Below, piece by piece: positions 29,001 through 40,592 of a stretch of 64,000 nt of DNA; the stretch's first letter is position 1, and each line of letters starts with the position of its first letter. The notes beneath the pieces were generated by a model. It did no database searches, was not told where the DNA came from, and worked only from the letters and a program-made list of their open reading frames with translations. Position numbers and translations under genes: made by a program. This stretch comes from Klebsormidium nitens (lineage: Eukaryota > Plantae > Klebsormidiophyceae): contig DF237289.1 of the NCBI GenBank assembly GCA_000708835.1, forward strand, positions 1 through 64,000, given 5' to 3'.

Positions 29001-31636
29001 TCAAATAGTGATTGGGGGCTTGCGTTGAAATCTGCATCTGCTCAGCCTAGAAGCCTTGAAGCCTTGAAGTCGTTTGAATTCTCAGGTGACCTGCCTACTT
29101 GATGCGGTGATTCTGAAAATCTGGGTGCTTCTGATGCGCAGGGCTGGAACATGAACTACCCGTTCAACACGGGCGACTTGACGAGCTGCGCGCAGTGCGC
29201 GAGCAACTATTTGGAGGCGGGCGCCAAGATCCCGTGGGAGGACCTGCGGTACATCTTTGGCGAGATCATGTACGGCGGCCACGTGGTGGACGACTGGGAC
29301 CGGCGCACCGTGGCGGCGTATCTGCTCACGCTCATCAAGGAGGAGCTCGTCGAGGGCATCGAGCTCTTCCCCAAGTTCCCCACCCCGCCCAACTCCCTCA
29401 CGCACGCCCAGGTGCGCGCGCACGCCGCACCCGCGCTCCCCTGCCAGTCCTGCACAGCTGCCAACAACGTTGCGCAGTTGTGCAGACTGCCTGGATGTTT
29501 GAAGGAACCCAGAAGTGGTCGGAAGAAGATTTCGTTATGGGTCGAATTCTTGTGCACGAGCTATCCCGAAAGACGCTCCCTTTGACACGATTCCAAACCT
29601 GCTACGTCTTTCTGTTCCCGCAGATCGTCAAGTACATCGGCGAGACGATCCCCGCGGAGTCGCCGGTCATGTTTGGGCTGCACCCCAACGCGGAGATTGG
29701 CTTCCGGCTGGCGCAAGCCGACGGCCTGTTCAAGAGCGTACTCTCGCTGCAGCAGCGATCCGTCGACGGAGGGGCCGCCGCCAGCGTGCAGGTCAGGCCA
29801 CGAGGCGGCCGTCTCCACCTATTCGGTACATCTAGAGCAGGATGCTTGAGACAGCTGACTTAGAGCCTTGACCACTTCCAAACTCGTGTCGATTGCGATT
29901 GGACTTTGGGCTGCACTATCTCTTTCTTCTGTTCGTCTCTTGACTGCGAATCCCTGCCACTGTGTATGATGAAATATGAAGACTCCAAGAATATTCTGGA
30001 AGTTCGTTTCGGTGTATTGTTTTGATAGAGAGGAAAGTTTGTTTCAGATACACAGAATTCTCGTCCCTGCTTTCTCATTCGGTGATTAAACACGACGCTT
30101 GGGGTGCCGTGCAGGAGCGTGCCAAGACGGTGTTGGACGACGTGTTGGAGAAGCTGCCGGAGCCGTTTGACTTCGAGGACATCACGAGCCGCGTCTCGGA
30201 GCGCACGCCCTACACCGTCGTCTTCCTGCAGGAGATCGAGCGCATGAACCTCCTGCTCGCGCACATCCGCCGCAGCCTCATGGTCAGCCCCGCACCGCGC
30301 ATCAGCGGACCCGTTTCTTTGTTCGCCCCTTTAGTCTCCTCTTCCGGCTGACAAGATCCGGCCCTCCTGGCAGTAACATTGTCCCTTTCAGCGTCCGCAA
30401 CTTGCTGCTTGCTGCCGTTTGTTGTTATTTTTTGGCCTCGTTCTTTGGGTGGCCAGCCCTTGTCGTTTTGTACCGCGCCTGACCCGCCCCCCCGCGCGGC
30501 GGTGCAGGAGCTGGACCTGGGCCTGAAGGGCGACCTGACGATCAGCGACGCGATGGAGCAGCTGATGCTCGCGCTCGCGGAGGACCGCGTGCCTGCGTCG
30601 TGGGAGGCAATGGCGTACCCCAGCCTGCGCCCGCTCGGCGGCTGGACCGTCAACCTGCTGGACCGCATCAAGCAGCTCCAGGACTGGACGGCCGACATGA
30701 CGCTACCCAAGGTGCGCGCACCGCTGCCGCCGCCCCCTGCTCTTGGACGAGCCGTATGCATCATCGGTTCTTCAATCAAAGAACGGTGCTTTCTGGTGCC
30801 TTGAGACAGTCAGTACTGAGAAAAAACAAAGCGATATGCTGCGCGCTCAGTACATTGCAGCACTTTGTCTGTGGACGATGTTCGATATTGCTAACGTTGG
30901 CCTTGGTGGTGATCTAAGCGGTGTCATTTGGTGCAGGTTATCAACCTGACGCTGCTGTTCAACCCCCAGAGCTTCCTCACAGCCGTCATGCAGACGACAG
31001 CGAGGCGAAACGACTGGCCGCTCGATAAGACCGTCATACAGACAGAGGTCAGCGCTCGATGCCTTAAGCCTTGAATCTGCACTCACTGTAGGGCCTTAAG
31101 TTTGATTCTTGTTTCAAGAATTTTCAGCTTAAACACCAGACTCGGCACTTTGACTACCAAAAAATGGTCAAGACCGATCAGTTCCAGAGGCACTCTGACT
31201 CCGAGACCAGAGCTGTCTGTTTGGAAACGTTCGTCTAATTGCAAGTTTGAGAAGCGTGTAAATTGATTTCGATCGCCGAGCTTGTTCTCACACGTCTTTT
31301 GCCGCCCAGGTTACCAAGAAGCAGCCGGATGCCATTGACGCGCCGAGCCGCGACGGCGCGTACGTGTATGGGCTGTACCTGGAGGGGTGCGGGTGGGACG
31401 AGAAGGGCGGCGTGCTGGTGGAGTCGAAGCCGAAGGAGCTGTTCCAGCCCATGCCCGTCATCCTTATCAAGGCCGTGCAGGCCGACAAGGCCGAGACGCG
31501 CGACTCGTACCAGTGCCCCGTGTACAAAACGGCCAAGCGGGGGAACAGCTACGTCTTCACGGCACAGCTGCGATCCAAGCACGGCCAAAATAAATGGACG
31601 CTGGCAGGGGTCTCTATGCTTATGGAAGTCGTGTAG
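8084..31636 (+). CDS. ODA4: Axonemal dynein heavy chain, outer-arm beta type (Chlamydomonas ODA4 / DNAH9-11-17-like), ~4530 aa, 37 exons: 8084-8196, 8375-8645, 8772-8894, 9030-9170, 9382-9483, 9660-9756, 9917-10910, 11067-11274, 11490-11789, 12082-12855, 13111-13446, 13860-14207, 14387-14548, 14761-15582, 15886-16431, 16968-17546, 17891-18304, 18627-19229, 19551-19823, 20261-20497, 21087-21836, 22069-22344, 22598-22732, 23021-23332, 23592-23790, 24073-24506, 24708-24854, 25085-25726, 26258-26790, 27007-27250, 27579-28808, 29142-29411, 29624-29791, 30115-30282, 30508-30711, 30937-31047, 31310-31636
   Basis: Exon sum is 13593 nt (4531 codons) with no internal stop. Four P-loops ([32 protein letters not shown]), AAA1 [28 protein letters not shown], coiled-coil stalk with microtubule-binding domain, C-terminal [11 protein letters not shown]. 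Long tail domain with no Kelch N-terminus. AAA1-2 closely resembles the Chlamydomonas beta chain as I recall it. Dynein identity is certain; the beta subtype is by recall. Confidence 0.93.
9171..9381 (+). other. Non-canonical GC-AG intron (dynein intron 4)
   Basis: Donor GAG|GCACGT joins DPETVLKE to [13 protein letters not shown], a typical dynein tail motif. Confidence 0.85.
12856..13110 (+). other. Non-canonical GC-AG intron (dynein intron 10)
   Basis: Donor CAG|GCAAGC joins NEVKCQ to [13 protein letters not shown] in frame. Confidence 0.85.
19370..19442. repeat. Perfect 30-bp direct repeat, 2 copies with a 13-bp spacer, in a dynein intron
   Basis: GAAGATTTGATAGCGGTGTTTGAGATTCTT at 19370-19399 and 19413-19442. 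Confidence 0.9.
25993..26104. repeat. Imperfect ~58-bp tandem duplication in a dynein intron
   Basis: TTCAGCAA...TAATCTG.T.GACACAAGAG...ATATCGTGGA.AA occurs at ~25993 and ~26051. Confidence 0.8.
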
Positions 31637-32458
31637 GTTCAATACGGCCGTCATTTATTGGACACGCTGCGACTATGCCAAGTGGATCAATCAGACAGAT
31701 GTAGATTACTTGATTGCAAGCACTCCTTCTTTGGCTTCGTGCTTCTGTCACAGAGTCGGAGCCTCGAGGGCCGCAAGTGTACTTTAGCTAGAAGGGTGAC
31801 CCTATTCAGCAGTTCGAACCGAGGCCCGGCGTGCTTCAAACCGACCGTTGTCTTGCGTGATATAAGTGTTGTACACAGAAGCGAGCAAAGAGATGGTGCC
31901 TAAATTGACTCCGAAGAAGTCTCAAAACCACCCTTTGAATGCTCAATGTGGCAGATATATTGACAGCCCCAGTGACACTCCAGCTGAAGCTGCTTTAACG
32001 GCTGCACTACAGTTGGAAAACATGCAGCAGTCTTTTAGAAACCACAACATTGAAGAGCAGGGCGGCCTGATCAGTGCGCCGACCCTGTCATTGTAGATGG
32101 TCGTACCATGGTCTTCTGTAAAGTGTACTCGATTGCCTCGATCTATGCGTCGAGACCTCGAGACCAGAAGTATTCCCACTTTCCAACAGTCCAAGTCATA
32201 CTACAAGCAAGCCCAGAAGGAAACTGTGACTGTCGCCACTGGCAGTCCATGCAGGTCGTTACATACATATACCGTGTAGTGGCTGTCTTAGCTGAGAATC
32301 AGGATGTGTAATTCTCTAAGACAGAATTCAGCCATCCTTTTGAATTCTCGACAGCACGAGCTTTTTCTTCGGATGCATTTCCAGCTGCGTGCGTGCAGCA
32401 TTTAATCGCATCAACTTGCAAATGGTAGGAAGGAAACCGTGCTCCCGGCAGTCCCGGC

Positions 32459-32479
32459 TTTAGGGTTTCGGTAAACCCT
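32459..32479. promoter_or_regulatory. Telo-box-like inverted pair (TTTAGGGTTT-CGGT-AAACCCT) upstream of PDX2
   Basis: Plant telomere-repeat-like motif on both strands, forming a 7-bp stem with a 4-nt loop ~440 bp before the PDX2 ATG. Function is inferred only. Confidence 0.3.
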
Positions 32480-32918
32480 TGATTAACGTTTGCTGAAACA
32501 ATATGTTCAAAAGAGACTTACTATTTAGAATGCGGCGGTTGCTGGTTCCGCACAACCGAACTATGTAGGATATGAGGCTCATCAACTCGGACCAAAGTTC
32601 AATCGGGGCAATAGAGCACGCTCGAGCAAGTGCCGCGTTCTAAACACTCTCTAACACAAAGAGTGTGTCGACGTGGTTCTGCTTCTGCAACTTTCGCAGA
32701 TCTAGACATCTGTCCGGCCTGGTAGCTGGGTCACAGGGGTACGTCTCCGAACGTCTCTTCCCTGAACGAGAGGGGGCGCAGTGCAGCAGTGCTTGGTTCA
32801 GTATATCTTTGATGCAGAGTGGCGCCTGCTCACTGTTCATCAGGCCTACAGAAAGTTTCTAGAACCTCTGAACCTCGATTTGTAATCGAGCTCACTGGAC
32901 GCTGTGAAGGCCTTCGTG

Positions 32919-35054
32919 ATGGCAGGTGAAGCAGCTCCCGTCGATGTTCCGGCGCCTCGGATCGGCGTTCTGGCCATCCAAGGGTCATTTCGGGAGCACT
33001 GTGGCAGCTTGCGTAAGTGTGGGTTGCCTGCAGAGCATGCTGTCGAGGTGCGCACGCCAGATCAGCTGCAGGGTCTACATGGGCTGATCATTCCAGGAGG
33101 GGAGAGCACCACCATGGCGAACGTGGCAACACGGAATGGTCTGGTAAGAGTTGGTCTAGCAAAAGACTGTCATGGACGCACTTGGCAGCTGGTTGCTAGC
33201 ACACAGCTTCCGTATTATCCTCGTCATAGCCCGCAGCGTTTGATTGTTGCCTTGGGCACTTTTTAAATCAGTGTTCAAATCTGGCTTGCGCTTGCTTTTC
33301 AGCCTGGTCACCTCTTCTCCCTTTTCCTCTGCGCCAGCTGCCAGCCTTGAAGGACTTTAGCGCCTCCGGCAAGCCTGTCTGGGGCACATGTGCCGGCTTG
33401 ATCTTCTTAGCTGATCGGGCTCTTGGTGAGCTGAGATGCTTCAACCCGTAGAGTCGCTGGTTGTTGCAGTGTCCTTCAGGTTTGCTTGTGTTACATCCCT
33501 GTGGAACGGCTCGACGTGTATTTGATTGGCATCTTGATTGAGGATCCACTGCTTCTGACATGCAGACTCGGACATTGGTGCTCTACCATGCGTGCGCTGG
33601 GGAAGTTGATGGTTGTGGCTGGAAACATATGCAGAACTTTCTTACAGTAACGCCGAACGAGTTCAAGCCAAAGCACTGCCGAATGAGTTTAAGCCAAAGG
33701 CACCTTAAAATTACAGGAAGTCTTGGATTTGGCTTTTGAGCCCAAGTGTCAGGCTTTTGAGCCCAAGTGTCAAGAAACAGATATGGATGACACCTTTACT
33801 GCTTCAAGTCGAAGGCAAGAGCCTTGTTCACGACCAAGTTGCTCAGTGACCCCCTGTCCTTATGTGAACAGGTCAAAAGAAGGGTGGTCAGGCTCTCCTA
33901 GGCGGGCTCAATGTCACTGTCCATCGCAACTTCTTTGGAAGCCAGGTGAGAGCTCCTCGTAAGAGACTCTGGCTGCATCAATATTGTGTGTCTAAACTGT
34001 TAAATCCTGTTTATCGGTCCTTGCAACTTTTCTTTTGGCAAATTACTGAAAAGGCTGCAACTTCAGGCAACAGTTGTAATCAGGTTAGAAATTACAAGGT
34101 GCACAGAATTGCATTTGCACTTCAGACTAAAATGTTCAGCCTTCAGGGGGTCCAGCCTGAGTACCCTGCCACTTGGTTCAGGTGAACAGCTTTGAAACGG
34201 AGCTCCCTACACCCAAGGAGTTGCAAAAGTTGGGAGGGGAGGACGATCCCACGTTCCGGGCCATCTTCATCCGGGCTCCTGCCATTGTGGAAAAGGGCCC
34301 CAGTGTTGATGTCCTGGCGCAGATCGACCTCCCTGAGGGCACGACTACGAGCACCGCCGACGAAAATGGACAGGAGGTGAGCAGGGGGCAGGAATGCTCA
34401 GAGAACGCAGTCGTGTGTATCTGTCTGATGTAGGTACTCTATCCTTAACAGACGGTCTGATCTTTTCTTGTGTTTCTGAGAAGCACACCTGATCAAAAAG
34501 CTATTTTTGCAGATCAACAAGGTCATCATTGCAGTCCGCCAAGACCAGCTGCTCGCAACCGCCTTCCATCCTGAGCTGACAGCTGATACTCGATGGTAAG
34601 AAGTGGTGCCGCAAAAGACAGTTATTGTTTCTGGTGACTCCTGCCGTGAACAATCTCAATGGCTCCTGTGAAGATTTTTGCCGATAGGATCGCATGTAAG
34701 GGTCAGGCCTGAAATCGAATAGCATTTCCTTCCTTTTCTATTGGGGCCCTGGTCGACAATGGTTCGTCTATGTTCGCAGGGGTCAAGGGTCGAACTGACA
34801 AGCTCTGAACTTGCTAATCTTCCTCCGTGCTGTCTTCGTTGGCAGTTTGTTTTTTTGATCGACCAACTCGTTGTATTGTCTCCAGGCATTCGTTGTTTTT
34901 GAGGATGGTTACAGAGAATAGGGACAAGGCGGATGCCGCAGCTGCTGAAGGCTCGAGTATGTCTAGTAGAGCGAGGGAAGCACCAGCTTCGTCGATACGA
35001 CCAGCCGATCTACCTATATTTAAAGAGGCGGAGAAGTTGGATTATCTAAAGTGA
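32919..35054 (+). CDS. PDX2: Pyridoxal 5'-phosphate synthase glutaminase subunit, ~277 aa. Exons 32919-33143, 33338-33425, 33872-33945, 34182-34376, 34513-34595, 34886-35054
   Basis: Motifs: [24 protein letters not shown], catalytic [28 protein letters not shown], catalytic AFHPELT, plant-like C-terminal DLPIF. All introns are GT-AG. Confidence 0.96.
33652..33772. repeat. Two short tandem duplications in PDX2 intron 2
   Basis: 26-bp near-perfect pair GCCGAA(C/T)GAGTT(C/T)AAGCCAAAG at 33652 and 33678. Perfect 21-bp pair GGCTTTTGAGCCCAAGTGTCA at 33731 and 33752. Confidence 0.9.
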
Positions 35055-36166
35055 GGCACCTAGCGCTAGTTTGTTTCGCAATATTCCGAAGAACGTAACA
35101 TGGTTGCGCAGGTAAGAGCATTTGTTGTCCACAGATGCCAGGTCGTCAAATCACCATAGATAGCAGGAACAACAGTCCAAGAACACTCGTCGCTAGATTG
35201 CAATTATGTAAACCAAATAAGCAAAATCGAGGCCCCTGACTACATGACATTCGTTGTCTTTTTTAAGATCCCATTTCATTATCGGCTGCCGCATGAACCA
35301 TTTAGACAGCTAACAAATTTCGGCTGGTCGGAGGTGAAATGATGCACCACATAGACGGTTCACGACGTCGAAATGCTGGCCGACTCCACCCTCTTGTAAT
35401 GCTATGCATATGCATACTAGCTGCTACACTTAAGTTGGATATTCGCAACCTTGATCTACATGACTTCAATAGCTGGTCGCCGTGCATGCATGGGCCCGCG
35501 GGGTGGGCGGATTTGCAGCAGGCTGGCAACTGTTAGCCAAGAGTTGGTATTAGTACGCCGATCGGGGCGCAACCATGCTCTTAACATGCCAGCGCACTTC
35601 CTCCGGCCCTATATAAGTATAGCACTTGATTGTGAACGTCACACATACGTGCAACATATGAAATATGTATAAGTGGCCGGGTCAAGTCAACCGCGGATGA
35701 GATCTCTTGAACACCTATATATCCCATGCATTTCTGTCGAATTCAGTATCACAAATACATACAGTACAATTCAAGTGGCGCTCGCCGCTGACCATGACAC
35801 ATGCATGCCGCTTACCACGTTTGGAAAGTACATAGTAAGACATACAGGTATTTCTTCAAGCCAGATTATCAAAAGAGGTCAGACAGCAAACTCGTCTGCC
35901 AGGCGGACCCCACGTTGTGATACTGCTAAAGCTTGCGGCCTCGTTGTGAAGGAGGCGAGCTGGATTCTCAGCCAGCATTACTGGTTATGTTGATCCACAA
36001 CAGGCATATGCCTGAGAGGTTGATATGCAGGTTCACGACGGCAAGTCAATCTTTCATGCTGTGCACTTGAGATACTTCATATTGGACATAAGAAATACAT
36101 CGGCACAAAGCGATACCTTTTATTCTATCAGGTTCCAACAGCAATTTGAGAACATATTTCCAGAAC

Positions 36167-37745
36167 TTAAGTACCAATTGACTCGTCAAAATTGTAGAAG
36201 GGTACCTTGATGAACCCTCCAGTGATACCAACGGCAATTGCCCAGAACACAAAGAAAATGATGAGTGCCTTGTCGAATCCTTTTTGGACTGCAAAAGTGT
36301 AGATGAGATTGTCAACTTCAGAATTTGACCAGATGCGAATAGGTACAGAAGAATGTTCAAAAACAGTTCTAGCTGGAAAGGGGCGACCCGCTTGCTCATT
36401 CGATATGATGCAGAGATGAGATACCAACAAGCAGGTGACTCTTTCCATCTCCTCTATGACAGATCCAAGTGAACAACGCTGCATGCTCGTCGACAAAGGA
36501 AAGAGCGTAGAAAACTCACGCTTCTCATTCCCTTCTGTGTTCACGATAAGCCACTCTCCCCAGGTAATCAACTTTTTCAACCACTCTGGTTGTTCCTCAA
36601 AGTTCCCCGCTGTCCCGTCCGGTTCCCCAAAAAGCTCAGCCTCCCGGGCTTTTAGTTCCTCTCGTCGAAGATCATCCTGCATGTGGTGTGGTTGACTTGA
36701 CAAGAAATACCATCACATGCGAGCTGCGATCCCAATTTTGAAGGAAACATGCTGTTTCTTATGAACACTTGAAGTGGTGGTATTAAAGCTGCAACATAGT
36801 GGCTTCAGACAGGGTGGACAACCCCAACTTGATTGGACGCACACCACCAGAATCACAACAAGGAAGGGAAAGCTTGAGTTCTGGCTTCCTGGCAGCCGTA
36901 ACAGGGACAGACCTGCCAGGACAACCCCTTTTCCAGAGCAAACATGGCCTAGTAGACTTGTAGTAATGATGGCGCCGCTACCCAGCAGAAGCACCACATG
37001 GCCCCGGAACACTCACGTTAGAGCTTCTCAGCAGCGATCACGCTGACAGAGCAGGCGTACATGCTAAGGAGGCTTGGCCCTGAAAGGTACCACTCCTCAA
37101 TCACAGCTTGATTGGACACACACCACCAGAACCCACAACCAGGTAGGAAAAGTTTAGAGTCTGGCTTTTCTCGCAGCAGTAACAGAGACAGATCTGCCAG
37201 GACAACATCGGACTAAGAGTCTTGTAGTGATTATGGGGCCCCCACCCAAGCCAGCGCACCACTTGGCCTCCAAGGCTTAGAGCTTCTCAGCAGCAATCAC
37301 AGTGACATGATTGGGAATACTTGCTAAGCAGGCTTGGCTCTACTCAAATAAGGAATAATATGAGAAAACCTTCTTGCAATGAAAATTCCTGGCATAAAAG
37401 TCGTCCAACCCTGACCTGCCGCTTCTCCTTTGCTTCTAAGAGCTTTGTTTGCTGCATCAGCTCCTGCTCCATGTCCAAATTGTTTGAGCTGTCCGCGGCA
37501 GTTGAGCCTTCACCATCCCTGTCCCGTGCTCGGAGCACGCCATTTGCGGCCCCTGACTTTTTCCCCGTGAAGGGCCTGTTAAACTTGACTGCTTTCCTTC
37601 TTAATCGAGGGGGCTCCGCAAAGCTTCTAACACTCAGGGCCCATCTTTTGCAGGAGAATGATTCTGCCCTCATTTCAGACGCCAAGCTTGTTTGGAAAGA
37701 CAACAGCACTTTCGAGGCTTGCGTGCACTGCGCTAGCCCCGCCAT
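36167..37745 (-). CDS. Hypothetical protein with transit-peptide-like N-terminus and one C-terminal transmembrane helix, ~202 aa. Exons 37745-37416, 36676-36520, 36288-36167
   Basis: Ser/Arg/Ala-rich N-terminus, then a short coiled coil (MEQELMQQTKLLEAKEKRQDDLRREELKARE) and hydrophobic ALIIFFVFWAIAVGITGGFI. Donors CAG|GTCAGG and C|GTGAGT with matching acceptors keep the frame. The 3' end is uncertain (possible donor at AAG|GTACCC). Confidence 0.65.
36828..37307. repeat. Diverged ~200-220 bp direct duplication inside intron 1 of the hypothetical gene
   Basis: Copy 1 ~36828-37048, copy 2 ~37107-37307. Shared blocks in the same order: CTTGATTGGAC.CACACCACCAGAA, CTGGCTT, GACAGA.CTGCCAGGACAAC, CTTGTAGT.AT.ATGG, TTAGAGCTTCTCAGCAGC.ATCAC. 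Confidence 0.85.
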
Positions 37746-38749
37746 CTGCGGAAGAAAGTGCAAGATTACTTGCTGTCAAGGCCTTATAAATTTTCTGCAG
37801 AAATGCCTAGCACTCTCAAGCAGTGTTTTGTTTGATGCTTGGCCTGGGCCCCGTACGTCGCAGCAGCCCTGAGCTAGCCAATGGGAATGGCTGCACCAAT
37901 GTTGGAAAGCTCCACAATCTGGTCTGTACCGGTCTAACATCTGATTAATCTCAAACCCTCCAACGCAGAGTGATCGGGGGATGAGCACCGTCCGATTCGA
38001 ACTTGGAACGCGGTGGTATTAGACTCATGGGTGTCGGCAAGTCGGTGAGTCCTACCGGCTAAAGTTGGTTAATAGCCCCAGCAATCAGGTTAATGTGGGC
38101 CAAAAGCACTCCCCCAGCTCGGCGCCATGCAGTCGCGTGCTCAGACGTGTCTGCTCTGAACACTGCGAAACGCTCCTCGTAAAATGAGATCTCGCGCGCT
38201 GAACGATTACTGAGCAAGTCAGCCAAGTGAATGAGAGTAGAATGCATTGGCATCTACCCGCGTCTACCAAGAGTGCGCGGGGTTTGCAAGCTTCAAGGTA
38301 GCGGAATTACGTGAACCGATTGAGCTGCTTAGGATACTTTAGAACTTTGATCAACCTTGCTCGACAAGTCGAAGCTGCGATGGCAACGGCTTGCTGGTAG
38401 ACAGTCTTCACGGATTGGATGCGAGTCAATCTGCGTATCCTGTGAAACGCAGAAGGCAGCCCGAAGGCGGGTACCACCATCCTACCTTAATGAAATCTAC
38501 TAGGTAGGTATGCAGCTAGCGTAGCCCAACCAGCAGCGGGCATGCCTGAAGCTGCAGACCTTGGAACTTTGAAACGCTGCATGCTGGCCCCTCCGAGAGC
38601 AACAACTCTGCGTTCGACGGTGACTGCGGCACTTGACAGCATCGATACAAAATCTTATCAATACATCCTCTCATCTCAATCTTCCAACAACACCACGAAG
38701 TTGAACGGTCGAACGGAAATTGACTGAAAACTTAGTATTGATGACTGAG

Positions 38750-39690
38750 AGGTCTACTAATGCCCTTCATATATGTTCGGTCCTTGTTTCCAACTGCTTC
38801 ATCCGTTTTCTCCTTTTGGGCCGCTCGACTGGTGACTTCGAGGCCAGCGAAAAAGCTACCTGGAAGAGAAACCCTGTCTGGGACAGCCAAGAATACTGCT
38901 CAGACAACATGCGGAACGCTTGCAGGTCCTGAATTTCCGGTAAGAGGTGGCGGCCGCAAGGGTGCGGTGGGCAGCCTGGTGGCCATGCCACAACAGCCGG
39001 CATGCCGGGGCAGCCATGTGTAGAGCGGCAGCCAGGACCACTCCGTCAGCTGGCATGGGACGCGCAGAAGATCAAGGAAACGGCAGGCAACGGCACGAAG
39101 CAGGTACCACGTTCACGTCATAATTGTCGGTAAAAGGCAGAGCGTGTTTTGGTGCCGAACCGTGGCTCTAAAAACAACGAGTGCTCGTACAAGAAGGTGA
39201 TCGTGGGGGTTCCAAAGTGGGCTTGACGAAGTGCTGCTAGCTTCCCATGCTGGCCATGCAACGAAGCGGGTGCAGTCGTTCGGGAGCATCTGATTCTATT
39301 CAAGTTGAGACAACTCTGCTCTTTGTAGCTTTGTTGCAGACTGCAGTGAGCAGACCATGCTCGTCGTCACGTTTACCGCTCTTTCAATCAATGCGCGCGG
39401 CCACCTTAATTTCTGCAACCTTTGGGCGGGGCGACGAGGTACTGCCCTCCCGTCCGGGGGCCGATCAAGGCGGGTACGTGCGACACATGTGCGCACCGGG
39501 TGGCCGCTTTGACGTTTGCAGCCGAGAGGGCGATCAACGTCTGCGCCGCACAGGTCAGCTCCAGGACGGCCTAGCCAGTGGACTTGTGTGCGGTGCTTTC
39601 GCAGCCCAAAACGAAGTAAAGATTGCAGACAACTTTCTCGTACGAGCTTGGGTTGAAAAATCATTGAACATAGTAACATGGCGCCTGATT
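38750..39690 (+). pseudogene. Decayed genomic duplicate of exons 5-6 and flanking introns of the WD40/coiled-coil gene at 55.1-56.0 kb
   Basis: 38926-39067 aligns to exon 55315-55434, with TCG>TAA, TGG>TAG, indels and a lost donor. ~39430-39553 aligns to exon 55753-55872 (GA.CAAGGCGGGTACGTGCG.CACATG; GCGTTTGCAGC.GA.A.GGCGATCAAC) with a frameshift. Intron blocks also match (CTGG.GACTTCGAG; GCAACGAAGCGG; GCCAGTGGACT). Confidence 0.9.
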
Positions 39691-40592
39691 TAGTATCAAA
39701 GTCGTTTGATGCTGGACCTCGACGACGTCTACACCACGAATGGAAGAACGTAAAGACAGAACCGTAAAGTTCAAGATACTCAAGGAGGGGTCTCGAGAGC
39801 CCGAAGAAAGTTCGGGGAAACGGACTTAACCAGGTAGCCAAATTCGCACGAGGCATCCCCAAGCTTCCGTTCTGACACCCCTTCTGTTGTGTCTGCACAA
39901 TCTTGTCAAGGTCGCTGAGATAGTCGAACCTGCCATCAGCCCCACCAGGCCTACTCGGTATTCTCTGGAAAATCTGCTACTGTAGCTACTGAGCTAAGTG
40001 AGCGGCCCCCTAACATAAGGCATGTATACCTGAGTTCCGGACGCTACTGCACACTGCATGTTCTGACACAAACCTTAACCATTTTCAAGTCGAAGGCCGG
40101 CCAAAATCACTTATCATTTCTGAAAGTCTTGCCAGCTCATGAGACTTGTTTTTGTTGAGGGAGCACCTAATGTCTGAGACGGCCCGGCCTTACTAGTACT
40201 GGAGACTTGGGTTCAAACGGCTCCTACGTGAGCGGTCAAGGGCGCTGACATGTCGTCAAGTGGCCCTTGACGTACAGTATATTGCAAGGCAAGTGATTGG
40301 AAAGCCTTGAACCTAGCGGGCGCGCACACACATACAATCTGCTAAGTCGTGCCGGACGCCGAATGCGGAACGTTCCATCTATCATCGATGCGCATGGAAA
40401 TGAGTATATCAAAAGTGCGCAACTCTTAAATTAGCCGCTTTTAAAGCCATGTGTGTGTCCACCTTGAGACGGACCCAATTGAGACAGGTTGTGCGAACGG
40501 AAACAATCTCTTACAGTATATTCGCTAGGCAGGTGAACGGGACGGGACGAGGACGAACAGGGTGCGAACTCATCCGTACAATGAAACAGCGG

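Noticed and set aside
31866-32311. Short ORFs downstream of the dynein stop codon
   Set aside because: No splice-consistent model or recognisable motif; likely UTR or intergenic sequence.
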